Assembly (NCBI RefSeq): GCF_008831285.2
Contig: NC_045138.2
Span: 22,196,001-22,260,000, forward strand
Length of the DNA: 64,000 nucleotides
Reading direction: 5' to 3'
DNA from: Nymphaea colorata
Lineage: Eukaryota
The notes under the pieces were generated by a model. It searched no databases and was not told the DNA's origin. It saw only the letters and a list, made by a program, of their open reading frames with translations. The position numbers and the translations under genes were made by a program. Of this stretch, positions 1 to 11,249 are shown in pieces (within the stretch, counting starts at the first letter, position 1; every line of letters begins with the position of its first letter).

Positions 1-757
1 GCTCCTTTATACAAATGTAACGTATGAAACATGAAAGGTGAAATGGTCTTTTTCGGTGAACAAGAGTGGGCAACCATAAGGTTGATTGGATTTTAATGCT
101 GACCTACTTTGGTTATGCCTTGCTCATTTGATCACCACCATAACATAACAGGCGAGGGTAAAATGAATTAAAAGTGAATGTAAGATATTAACGTAAAAAT
201 GAAAAGGCCACTAGGGCGGTAAGATGTCGCTATTGAAAGCTTGAATAAATAGATTAACCGTAGAGAGAGAACTTCCATTGAAAAAGGAAAACGCGACTAA
301 CATGAATTTCTTATTGCACAAAAGCGGAACTTGGTATGAACAAATTTTTTCAATCTAGCCAATATAACCCGCCGAATCTACTGCATAAGCATGCAATATT
401 TTGTTAAGGGCCAGAAATAATAAAAATACACTTTGACGGCAAACCAAAAGGCCCCGTATACAAGGACAAAAACGGAATTAGGGAAAACAAGTTATCGTAA
501 AAGAGTAAAAGTATTCCTTGTGATAAAATGGCAGGACCGTGTTGGCCACACAACATATAAACCGGTCACACTGCTGAACCCCAATCTATGGAACAACATA
601 GAAAGTTAAAAGGGGCTTTGCTGAAATTTTTTATAAAATAGGGATTCTATCAGAATAACTCCTAAAGCTGTCTCGTGCAAAGGGAACATTATTGATTATT
701 TGTCAAAAGCTGAAACTGTTTAGAGGCGGTTCGGCAGCTCTGTCTCCGTCTTTAAGC

Positions 758-975
758 AACCGTGTTTGTATGTTAGAAAGCAAAAAAATTTGGCAGGTAA
801 ACATGATTTACATCAGGGATTTCGATCCCGTGTTTGTTTGGAAAGCAAAAAAATTTGAAAATCAGGACAAGGATCCCATTTCTACCTTTATTGTATGCCC
901 AACCGTGTTTGTATGGGTGGCCAACAAACAAACCGTGTTTGTTTGGATCGAAATCCAAACAAACAAACCGTGTTA
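758..975. repeat. Cluster of five (AA)CCGTGTT(TGTWTG) motifs with overlapping short hairpins
   Basis: Motif copies at about 758, 828, 901, 931 and 967. Perfect 12-bp stem GTTTGTTTGGAT (937-948) / ATCCAAACAAAC (953-964) with a CGAA loop. Probably a transposon terminal or subterminal remnant. Confidence 0.6.
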
Positions 976-1159
976 TATTTTCTTCTTCTTCTTCTTCGGC
1001 ATCGCTCTCACTCGCATGTTCCACGCCTTTCTCCTGCTGTGCTTCGCTCATCCTCTTCCTCTTCCTCTTCTTCTTATTCTCTACTTCATCCACCTAATTG
1101 TTCTCGGCCATCTTCGTCTCCTCATCCTTTTGCTTCTTCCTCCTCTTCTTCTTCTCCTC

Positions 1160-2272
1160 CACAGGAGAGGAAGTGATGACTATAATGCGCCACCCATAAG
1201 AAAGAGATAGAAAGGCAGAGTATTTCTAGGCACTTACACATGTTAAATCCACTCATTTAACTCTATTACACAGGTTAAATCCACTAATTAACTATGTCTT
1301 GTGTTGATTACTCATCGGAGCTACTGCAGCACAAAGATAATTTCTTTAACAAATAACTACAGTTATTTTAACCTTTTCGATTTGCTTGGTTAAATGCCGT
1401 TATGTTTAAAAACCAATACTGCTATCTATTTAAACTGATGAAGAGCCTTTCGAGAAATTGAACTCCAAGTGGTTCGAGATATGAATTTTAAACTTGGATA
1501 TTATGCATATATACGTATTTTCAAAAAGTAAGATCTGGCACTTCGCTGATGATTGATCCAATAAGAGGGATCAACAAAATGAGGGTTTTTGAAATGTAAA
1601 TCTAATAGAAACAGACGAGTTCCGGTACATATGACTAACATTACACTAGACCCATCCTTAGTTACAAACTGGAGGTAATTACGCCAATTGGTCTCTCGAA
1701 GTCCACAACGACATGAAAGAAAACACGTCACAATTTCATTCCCTGAAACGGAAGAACAATATATAATAGAATGAAAAATTAGGGAATAGTGTGCTATTCT
1801 TATAAACTGGAAACTGTTACATCACCGCACTTTAATTAATGGATGTACCATACCTCACTTACATAGCGCAAGGGGAGAGCTTCGGACCTCTTTTGTGAGT
1901 ATTTTTAACCTCCTCGGGCTCACCCAGAACAGATAATAGTTCTTCACAACCATGTTTGTTTGAGGGGCCGGGAGGTGTTAAATTGAGCTAGCAAAGAGGT
2001 CCAACATAACGTGGGAGCAGGCTACACTAACACGTATATAAGAGATTCCAAAATTGTTAATAACATTCATCCATTTTACCAATTTTCTTATGGACATAAT
2101 CTCGAAAATTGAATGTAATCCACTTCTTTAATTAACATTTTTCTAAAGTTCAACATTCCTTCTTCGGAACATGGGAAACACTCGTGTTTCAGTTCACCAA
2201 ACAGAAGGAAAAATTAAAGCATCAACAGGTCCTTTTTTGAGAGATAAGAAAGCGTTTATAAACTAAGCAAAT
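1160..2272 (+). repeat. Left arm of ~1.1-kb inverted repeat flanking the F-box gene
   Basis: Reverse complement of 4181-5299 along its whole length, with a few small indels. Outer end: TATAATGCGCCACCCATAAGAAAGAGATAG vs CTATCTCTTTCTTATGGGTGGCGCATTATA. Inner end: GAGATAAGAAAGCGTTTATAAACTAA vs TTAGTTTATGAACGCTTTCTTATCTC. Confidence 0.95.
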
Positions 2273-2299
2273 TCAATGGCTGCCTGCGGTGCTTAGAAG

Positions 2300-4133
2300 A
2301 TGGAAGTGGCAGAGGACCGACTGAGCGCACTGCCCGACCCCCTCATCCAGCTCATCCTTTCCTTCCTCCCCACGAATGAGTCTGCCAGGACAAGCGCCTT
2401 GGCCCGAAGGTGGCTCCATCTCTGGACCTTCATCCCCAACCTCCATCTTGAACTACGTCGTTGCAGGGACATTCATAAGGCTGGAAGGTTTGCTATGGTG
2501 GTCGACCGGTGTCTCCTGTTTCGGCTCCCGCCGTTACGGATTCTTCGGTAGCAAATTTGCGCAGATGATCCACTAGTGGAGGCGAAGCTAGAGAGATGGG
2601 TTTGGCATATCTTCTCAAACGACGGCCTCCATGAGCTTGTTCTCCGACCATTTTCTGTCTCCATGCGCGGTGAGCAGTTCTGTTTAGATGTGCCCAAGCT
2701 TCCTGTGCTTTCCGACTGCAAAGCCTTCAACTCCCTCAATTCCATACATCTATCTGAATTGAGAGTGACGGAAGGTCTAATACAACACTTGGTCCTAAAT
2801 TGCCGGTTGTTGGAGAACCTCGAATTGAGCTACTGCTACATTGTTGGTAATATCAGAATCCATGGCGGTACCCATCTCCGTCTCAAGAATCTGACGATAA
2901 GCCATTGCTTTAGCCGGTACTGGCAGTTGGACATAGTTGCGCCCAACCTCTCCACTTTCACCTTCGTGGACGACAGACTGATCGACACCAAGCACATTTT
3001 ATGCCGTCTCTGACGACTGCCATGGTTTCCTTTGTTGGGCAACTTGATGATCCTCGTACAGACGATGGTGCCTTGGTAGCATTTCTTAAAGGATTTGCCA
3101 ACGTAACGACGTTGTTCTTGCATTTTCGTCCTTTTCATGTGAGTAGCGATTTGTTTCACTGTGGATATGAGATCTGCAGTGATGTGAAATTTTTAGAATC
3201 TCAAATACATTACATTGTTTTTAACTACTGAGATCTTTAACTTGAAGACCTCTCAAACATACCTTTCTGTGCAGTCTAGATCATCTTTAAGGCTATGAAA
3301 CTCAACCTTAATGTAAGCCATTTCTGAATTACGTGCACAAGGCTAACTCATGATGCTAAGTCGTGACCAATGCATTCTTTTGTAGCGGAGAAAGCTTTTT
3401 TTCCAACCTCATCCTGATCTGCTTTTTCACTTCCTCAATTTGGTGGAACTGCAACTTGTTATCAGTCGAGGACGCCTCGTGTGGTGGGATTTGTGGATTT
3501 TATTGATGGCATGCCCCTGTCTTCAGAATCTCCTTCTTTCGGTAAACACTTTCATTTATAATGGTCGTCGATCTTTCTTTTCTTTATCCAATTATGCTTT
3601 TTGCATCGCCTGCATGCTTTGAGTGTTTGATGTACTTTTTCACATTGTTGCTGTTGACTTGTCCTTTTAGTTGTTCTTTTCCAATGTTTTTATGAATATT
3701 TTATGTTGTGATGAATTATGAAGTTAAAACTAATCTTTGTCGTTATTTTCTGGGTTTCCTCAGTTCCCGCTCAATGAGGAGACGGATGACTACATCGGCA
3801 AGTTTCGGAATTCATTCGAGAGGCCGAATGAGATTCCCAATTGTCTGATTCATCATCTTAAGAGGGTTGAAATGACGGGCTTTGTTGGAGATGAAGACGA
3901 CATGCAATTGATTGCACTCATATTGAAAGTGGCGATTGCACTTGAACGAGCCCATATTTGTATCGCTAAAAGATGCTGCTGCATCAAAGGAGGAGATTGC
4001 TGCATCAGTGCAAAAGATGCCCAAAAAGTCTAGTCGTGCGGAGGTCACCTTCTTTACGCCAGAAATATTCTCCTTACGGGTTGACATAGCGTGCATGCAC
4101 TTCATTCACATATTTCTCTTAATGAGCTTGTAG
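2300..4133 (+). pseudogene. F-box/LRR/FBD-domain gene, disabled (exons ~2300-3138, 3386-3541, 3764-~4133)
   Basis: N-terminal F-box (EDRLSALPDPLIQLILSFLPTNESARTSALARRWLHLW), LRR-like middle (CRLLENLELSYC) and FBD domain (PNCLIHHLKRVEMTGFVGDEDDMQLIALILKVAIALE). GT/AG sites at 3139/3385 and 3542/3763 keep frame. In-frame TAG at 2549-2551, frameshift near 2995-3000 and probable frameshift near 3965-3972. Confidence 0.85.
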
Positions 4134-4180
4134 CTGTCTATCCCCTTACTATCAGAACTAGACTCCTGTGATCTGATATA

Positions 4181-5299
4181 ATTTTGTTAGTTTATGAACG
4201 CTTTCTTATCTCTAAAAAAAGGACCTGTTGATGCTTTAATTTTTCCTTCTGTTTGGTGAACTGAAACACGAATGTTTCCCATGTTCCGAAGAAGGAATGT
4301 TGAACTTTAGAAAAATGCTAATTAAAGAAGTGAATTACATTCAATTTCCGAGATTATGTCCATAAGAAAAGTGGTAAAGTGGACGAATGTTACTAACAAT
4401 TTTGGAATCTCGTATATACGTGTTTGTGTAGCCTGCTCCCCCGTTATGTTGGACCTGTTTGTGAGATCAATTTAACACCTCCCGGCCTCTCAAACAAACA
4501 TGGTTGTGAAGAACGAACTATTATCTGTTCTGGGTGAGGTTAAAAATACTCACAAAAGAGGTCCGAAGCTCTCCCCTTGCTCTCTCTAAGTGAGGTGTGG
4601 TACATCCATTAATTAAAGTGCCGTGATCTAACAGTTCCCAGTTTATAAGAATAACACTCATGAAAATGAAACTGACGATTCCCTAATTTTTCATTTGTTC
4701 TTTCATTTCGGGGAATGAAATTGCGACGTGTTTTCTTTCATGTCATTGTAGACTTTTGGAGACACCAATTAGCGTAATGACCTCCAGTTTGTAACCAAGG
4801 ATGGATCTAGTGTAATGTTAGTCATATGTACCGGAACTCGTCTGTTTCTATTAGATTTACATTTTAAAAACCCTCATTTTGTTGATCCCTCTTATTGGAT
4901 CAATCGTCAGTGAAGTGCCAGATCTTACTTTTTGAAAATAAGTGTATATACATAATATCTAAGTTTAAAATTCATATCTCGAACCACTTGGAGGTCAATT
5001 TCTCGAAAGGCTCTTCATCATTTTAAATAGATAGCAGTAATGGTTTTTAAACATAACGGCATTTAACAAAGCAAATCGAAAAGGTTAAAATAACTGTAGT
5101 TATTTGTTAAAGAAATTATCTTTGTGCTGCAGTAGCTCCGCTGAGTAATCAACACAAGACACAGTTAATTAGTGGATTTAACCTGTGTAATAGAGTTAAA
5201 TGAGTGGATTTAACATGTGTAAGTGCCTAGAAATACTCTGTCTCTCTATCTCTTTCTTATGGGTGGCGCATTATAGTTATCACTTCCTTTCCCTCTGTG
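4181..5299 (-). repeat. Right arm of ~1.1-kb inverted repeat flanking the F-box gene
   Basis: Reverse complement of 1160-2272. Confidence 0.95.
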
Positions 5300-5553
5300 A
5301 TGTTTTGGTGGTAATCAGCAAGAGTTCTTTTCAACTAGCGGGGGGACAAATTTCAAGGTTGAAGAAAGTTAAGGGAGTACTGTCTTATTTCTCAAATCAT
5401 TTCTGGTGAATAATTTAAACTTTTCTTTGAGATGCTGGCGGGTCGGCCATGGACACAAAAGGTGACAATCAGGGCTTACTGGTTTTTCCACCATCGGTGG
5501 TATTGGTGGAATGCCGAAAAATAAATATAAATGAAATAAATAACTTTAAATAT

Positions 5554-5591
<38 letters not shown>

Positions 5592-7203
5592 ATATATATA
5601 TATATATTCTGTATTTGATTATGGAAAACTTTTTCGTGGTGATCTCAATTTTATATATATGCATGTCTGGAAACTGCTAAGGATGCTTTAGTAATGTAAG
5701 ATTTATCACAATAAAGAACTTGTCCGACCCACGTCGAGCATTCAAGTGAATGACGTCGGAGCTTTTCCGGCACTCTACCAATGTTTTATGATCATAAATT
5801 CATGAGCATCATGAGTCAGAGCCACGACCTGCTGGTCTCATGTTTATTCTCAGCCCAAAATAATGGGACTAGTAGATAGGATGTTATATATATATATACT
5901 AACAAGCGTTAACAATAATTAGAATTTAAAAATTTATTGTTAAAAACATAAACCATTGTCACATCAGTACCAGTTTAATGATTTTTTTTTGGTACTAAGT
6001 TTTTCAATTTTAGCTATTCAGCAAACATGCTGCGGCAACATTGAACATTATATATATATATATAAAATGCTGAAACCTTGCAATGTACATCGAGCAAGCC
6101 GAGTCTGAGCTCAGCCAGCTCAAGCTCGGTTCAACTTACATATTGTTCTGCTCGTGCTCTGCTCGAGCTAAGTCAAGATTTATGAGGCAAGCTTGGCCAA
6201 AATGATTCACGTCGTCTTCTTGTTACCAAGAGCTGCATTGCCGGTGGCGGTGAACTTCAACACATCAGCAGTAAAATCGCCCTCTAAAACCATCCACCGA
6301 GAGTTTGAGATTTTGAAATCCTCAACCATTTTTTTCTGATCGAGGCTTTCTGAAACCCCTGATTTAAAAGCATCCCAAATAGCCTACCTTTAAAGAATAT
6401 GGACATAACACGTTTCATCAAAGAATTTCTTGTCAATAAACAATTAGTAACCTTTGCAAGATGCGTCTGAAGACCACAAAGACTTGTGAACATGTTTTTG
6501 CTCAACGAAACAACAAAGAAACTTAACACCTTTAATTAAATCAAACTTCAGAAACAAAAAAAACCACAAATCCAATCTCTAGTGAAACCCGCGGAAGCTA
6601 TGTTCTATGTTATGTTTATATTTTAAAATTAATTTATATTATTTTTCAAATTTTAAAAATAAAAAAATAAAACGATACAATGGGACAGATACACAATATA
6701 CATGCATACTTTTATTTATAAAAGTGTTCATATATTGTTCATACAGGTCGTCACATGCACATTTAGAAAGAATTCACACAGGGGATCTTTGTTATGTGGC
6801 ACGCAGAGGATATCCACTTTTAGGGGCACTTTTTCTTTGGGCGTCCACTCTCTTCACACCCTTGTACCTTGTATATTTTATTTTCTATTTTGTTTTGACG
6901 GTTTATTATTAGAAATTTTTTGTTCCCAATTACATATTTTCATTTTACCCGGACCCTCGCGTCTCGACCTATCCCTCCATCCCATCCCATCGTTGAAAAA
7001 AGATCGTTGACGTGTGAGGCCGAGGGATGCCGGTCTCCTTTTCACGAGTTATCGTTCTCCAGCGGCAGCAGAGAAAGTCCTTTCGACTTCCAGGTCAACA
7101 CAGAGCGTGTTCGTGGGGCTCGTCTCACCGTCCATAAGAAGGAATACCTTCGCGCTCGAGAGACGAATAAAGTAGCAGGAAAATCGACCGAGAAGCTCAC
7201 AAG

Positions 7204-9204
7204 ATGGTGTCCATCAGAGCATCATCCTCCTTCCTCTGTTTCCTCTCTTGCACCCTCCTCTCCCTACTCCTCCCTTCTTTTCTCCATGCCCAACAGGTAT
7301 ATGTCAACAATACTCAATTTCAATGCTATGTGAACCACTCCAACACCCTTGGCTTCCTCTGCAATGGGCAGCAGACTAAGTGTAATTCCTACCTCATCTT
7401 TAGATCTGATTCGAAAATAAACTCAGTGCCCGATATCTCCTTCCTTCTGAACGCTGATTCTGCTGAGGTTGCGCGAATCAACAATGCCTCCGTGTTTCAG
7501 ACGTTCCCCATCGGCAGAGAAGTGGTAGTCCCCGTGTCCTGCTCCTGCTCAGGTAAATACTACCAATACAATTCCTCTTACGTCTTAGAGCCGGACGACA
7601 CTTACCTCAGAATTGCCAATGATACGTATCAAGCCCTGACAACGTGCCAAGCTCTCATAGCACAAAACCCTTACAGTAGCACCAACCTTCCAATCCGTTC
7701 GAAAGTCATGGTGCCACTGATGTGTGCTTGTCCTACGAGAAACCAGACTCGGAATGGTGTGAAGTTTTTGCTGACGTATCCGATCGCCGAAGGGGAATAT
7801 GCATCCAAGATTGCTGCGAAATTTGGTGTCGACGAACAGGGCATACTCGACGCCAATGAAATCACGGAGGACACCACCATCTATTTCTTCACACCCCTTT
7901 TGATCCCTTTCAAGAGTGAACCACCATCTTGGTCCCAAATCCTTAACCCTTCACCGCCATCATCGCCCCCTCTTCCTTCCCCGTCTCCGTCGCCCCCGTC
8001 GCCTGTAGGTGAGGGTCACAAGAAATGGGTTTTCGTTGGCGTCGGAATCGGACTCGGACTCGGTTTCCTTCTTCTGGCAGTCATATCTTCTTTGTTGGTG
8101 GTCTGTTTGCGCCGTCGTCGCCGCCGTCGTGGTGAGGGTCTTGCTCCGGCATCTCCGACTCAGAAGCGGCAGAAACTGACAGAATCTTCTGTTTCATATG
8201 GAGATATGTCCGGCAAGAAATCGTCCACTGTCATATCGGAAAATCTTCTCGACGCCGTCCGGTCCTTGACGGTGTACAAGTACGAGGAACTACAGAGGGC
8301 TACAGATGGTTTCTCTGAGGACTCCCTAATCAAAGGGTCCGTTTACAGGGCCGTGATCAATGGGGATCAAGCGGCCGTAAAGAGTATGAAAGGGGATGTC
8401 CCTAACGAGATAAAAGTATTGAAACAGATCAACCATTCCAACGTGATCAGGCTGTCTGGTTTCTGCATCCACGAAGGGAACACTTTCTTGGTATACGAGT
8501 TCGCAGAAAATGGTTCCCTCAGCGATTGGATCCATGGTCACAGGTACCAGGACGATCAATCCTGGTCGAAGAGCACTTGCAGCCTTAGCTGGAAGCAAAG
8601 GATGCAGATTGCCTTCGATGTCGCTGATGGGCTTAGCTATCTTCACAACTACACTAGCCCAGCGCACGTTCACAAGAATCTCAAGAGCAGTAACATACTG
8701 TTAGATGATAAATTCAGAGCCAAGATTGCCAATTTTGGGTTGGCAAGAGCGGTTGGAGATCAAGAAGATGGTTTGCACTTGACCCGTCATGTCTTCGGAA
8801 CTCAGGGGTACATGGCACCAGAGTACCTTGAACACGGTCTGATCACATGGAAGCTCGATGTGTTCGCCTTCGGAGTGGTGCTCCTTGAGCTGCTTTCCGG
8901 GAGGGAGGCAGTCGATCAGGCACATGTTCAATACAAAGGCGAAGTACTGCTGTCATCAGCCATTGGTCCAATACTTGAAGGAGATGATGCCAAGGAGAAG
9001 CTGAGAAGCTTTATAGATCCTTCTCTCGGAAGCGATTACCCTTTAGATCTAGCCCTCGTCATCGCTCGTTTGGCAAGTGAATGTGTAGCAGATGACATGA
9101 ATTCTCGACCCTCAATGACCGATGTCCTTATGACCCTGTCAGCTTCTACTGGGTGGAGTTCGTCGAGTGCTTCAACATACGAATCTGCAGTTCTTAAGAG
9201 GTAG
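7204..9204 (+). CDS. LYK5: LysM receptor-like kinase, LYK5/LYK4 (LYR) type, intronless, copy 1 (666 aa)
   Basis: Signal peptide ending LHA-QQVYVNN, three LysM modules separated by CSC and CAC, Pro-rich linker, TM helix followed by an Arg run. Kinase lacks the Gly-rich loop (IKGSVY) and has HKN for HRD and NFG for DFG, typical of LYR pseudokinases such as Arabidopsis LYK5. Confidence 0.93.
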   Translation: MVSIRASSSFLCFLSCTLLSLLLPSFLHAQQVYVNNTQFQCYVNHSNTLGFLCNGQQTKCNSYLIFRSDSKINSVPDISFLLNADSAEVARINNASVFQTFPIGREVVVPVSCSCSGKYYQYNSSYVLEPDDTYLRIANDTYQALTTCQALIAQNPYSSTNLPIRSKVMVPLMCACPTRNQTRNGVKFLLTYPIAEGEYASKIAAKFGVDEQGILDANEITEDTTIYFFTPLLIPFKSEPPSWSQILNPSPPSSPPLPSPSPSPPSPVGEGHKKWVFVGVGIGLGLGFLLLAVISSLLVVCLRRRRRRRGEGLAPASPTQKRQKLTESSVSYGDMSGKKSSTVISENLLDAVRSLTVYKYEELQRATDGFSEDSLIKGSVYRAVINGDQAAVKSMKGDVPNEIKVLKQINHSNVIRLSGFCIHEGNTFLVYEFAENGSLSDWIHGHRYQDDQSWSKSTCSLSWKQRMQIAFDVADGLSYLHNYTSPAHVHKNLKSSNILLDDKFRAKIANFGLARAVGDQEDGLHLTRHVFGTQGYMAPEYLEHGLITWKLDVFAFGVVLLELLSGREAVDQAHVQYKGEVLLSSAIGPILEGDDAKEKLRSFIDPSLGSDYPLDLALVIARLASECVADDMNSRPSMTDVLMTLSASTGWSSSSASTYESAVLKR

Positions 9205-10130
9205 GCAGTTGCCCACCTATTTCTGGAGACTGCTTGATTTTGGTTATTGAGGCCTTTGCTTCCTCCTTGGTGTGTGTATGTGTAGGAGCAACTGTTGTAC
9301 TTTCGACGTCATTCTTATGTTATTGTAACTGATTTTGCTGTTATAGATCTAGAAAAAGGTATGTAACTCATTACGTACATGTAGTTGACTGACAATCCAA
9401 GTGTGGCGCATTTTTATTGTGCATCTTTGAATTGTGAAGTTGGGGCTGCGAATGCAGCTATACCCGTATGAGGTTGCATTGTGAAATAATAGTGGAAGAA
9501 TTAGTTGGCAGTAATAATTTAAAGGTATCAGCCGATTGGATGTTCTGAACGTGTTTTAAGCTGTTAAAAACTATGGAGGTTTAATCTTTGTTTCTGTTTA
9601 GATTTGAAAAAAAATTATGGTATTTATCTGAATGGAAAACTACAAGAAGAACAATGTGTATGCATGTGGTGTAGCTCGTTTTGTTGCAATCAAAGTACAT
9701 GTCAGATTTTCCTTCACATGAATTTCTGCAATATCCATGGTACGAATATTGGGATGGCATCTATTTGTAGTAATTTTATGGTATGAATAGAAAGTGTTGG
9801 CAGTAGAAAGTTCAAGGACATGGTCGGGGGACAGCAGGTGATGGATAAACTCAAGCAGGATTTTGCCACCTCTCTGGTGGATCAAATACTGTCAGGCTTT
9901 GACAGCCTAATAAACATGCAAACGTTTTGGCTCATATTTTGTTCTTAATGAAAGGCACAACAAGTGGTATCATAACGAGGCTTCCACCTCTAGAATCAGG
10001 CTACAGCAATCTGGAGGTACACCAACCTGAACTTAACACACGCACGATATAATGATGTATCATGCAGAGTGGACACGCCAATACCATTAAGACATCCAGA
10101 AACAGCACAGGTCGTTCTCAGCATCAACAC

Positions 10131-10267
10131 GAGGCAGAACTAAAATCTCAAGTCAGGGGGCGAAAGCATGTGCAGAACTTCATTAGAAGAGGCAGAGGTA
10201 GAACTAAAAGCTCAAGTCAGGGGGCGAAAGCAATGTGCAGAACTTCATTAGAAGAGGCAGAGGTAGA
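10131..10267. repeat. Two-copy ~64-bp tandem duplication
   Basis: AGAACTAAAA(T/G)CTCAAGTCAGGGGGCGAAAGCA...GAAGAGGCAGAGGT occurs twice. Confidence 0.85.
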
Positions 10268-11249
10268 GATGGAAGGAGCACAAATGAACTTGGTAGAGGG
10301 ACAAGGAGCAGGGGCAACTGAGACTTCAGCAGATCGGCATGCTGAGAAAGAGAACAAGGTTGACATGGTCATGGTTCTGCTTGAACAATGAAAGTCATCA
10401 GCCGGATATGAAGGGGCTGGCGAACCGGACATCTCGGTGGGATCTACAGATGCTGCTATTCAACGAAAAGCCCTCTGCTATATTTTGGATCTCAAACTGC
10501 CAGTTGAAGGAATCTGTAGATTACAGCAGAAATTCCTGGATATTGTGTGATCTCTAAGGTGGACGTTATTGGAGACTCGGGCAGGATCGTCATTTTTTTG
10601 GGTTGATACAAATGTAAGTTTACTGTCTTGCAAACCTTCTGCCTTTTGGATTGAATGTCAATTTAGAACAGTAGAACTGAATGTAGATTTTGTTGTTTTG
10701 GGGGGTTTAGCTCTACCCCGCTTTTAGACATAGAAGATGTCAGTTTTCTGATATGAGTTTTGCAATCCCGTCGTTGCAAATCCTCTCATCTGTTTGAGAG
10801 GTCTTAATGTTGTATTGGAAGGTGATGGCAAAATTGAGGGAAGCCCTATGCCGGCAGCATGTGCTGCCTTTTCCCAACGCAACCAAATACTAGAAAAAAC
10901 CCCAGTATAGACCGACCGACACAATTAAGTACTTAATGCCCCCATAATACAAAGGAGTAACACCCAAAAAAGTTAAGGCAAAACACCATCATTATTTTCA
11001 TCGTGCCAAAACATTCTACAAGCTGCTTGGCCAGATAAAAAAAACCAAACCAAACCATAAAAGGCCAAAAAGAGCACACCTTGCAATGCATGCCCAATCT
11101 CTATGGACATGGCTGGCTGGAACCCGAACAGCAACATGCCAAAATGCCATAATTGTGGACGAGCAAGTTAATGGCAGCAGCCAGGCACTTGGGAAACAAA
11201 TTGATAGGCACAGAAACAACGAGACAAGACAGCGAATCCAGACTGAGAA

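Noticed and set aside
692..1210. 172-aa plus-strand ORF and overlapping short ORFs
   Set aside because: Produced by the motif array and (CTT)n low-complexity sequence. No recognisable domain.
1151..5308. Target-site duplication around the inverted-repeat cassette
   Set aside because: Flanks CTTCTCCTC and ATGTTTTGG do not match, so it is not called a confirmed Pack-MULE.
5340..5395. MULE-TIR-like end (…AAGTTAAGGGAGTACTGTCTTATTTCTC), and a similar one at ~610-662
   Set aside because: Only a compositional resemblance. No partner terminus or TSD found in the window.
9964..10440. PBS-like TGGTATCA and short ORFs suggesting another LTR element
   Set aside because: No paired LTRs or clear gag/pol motifs.
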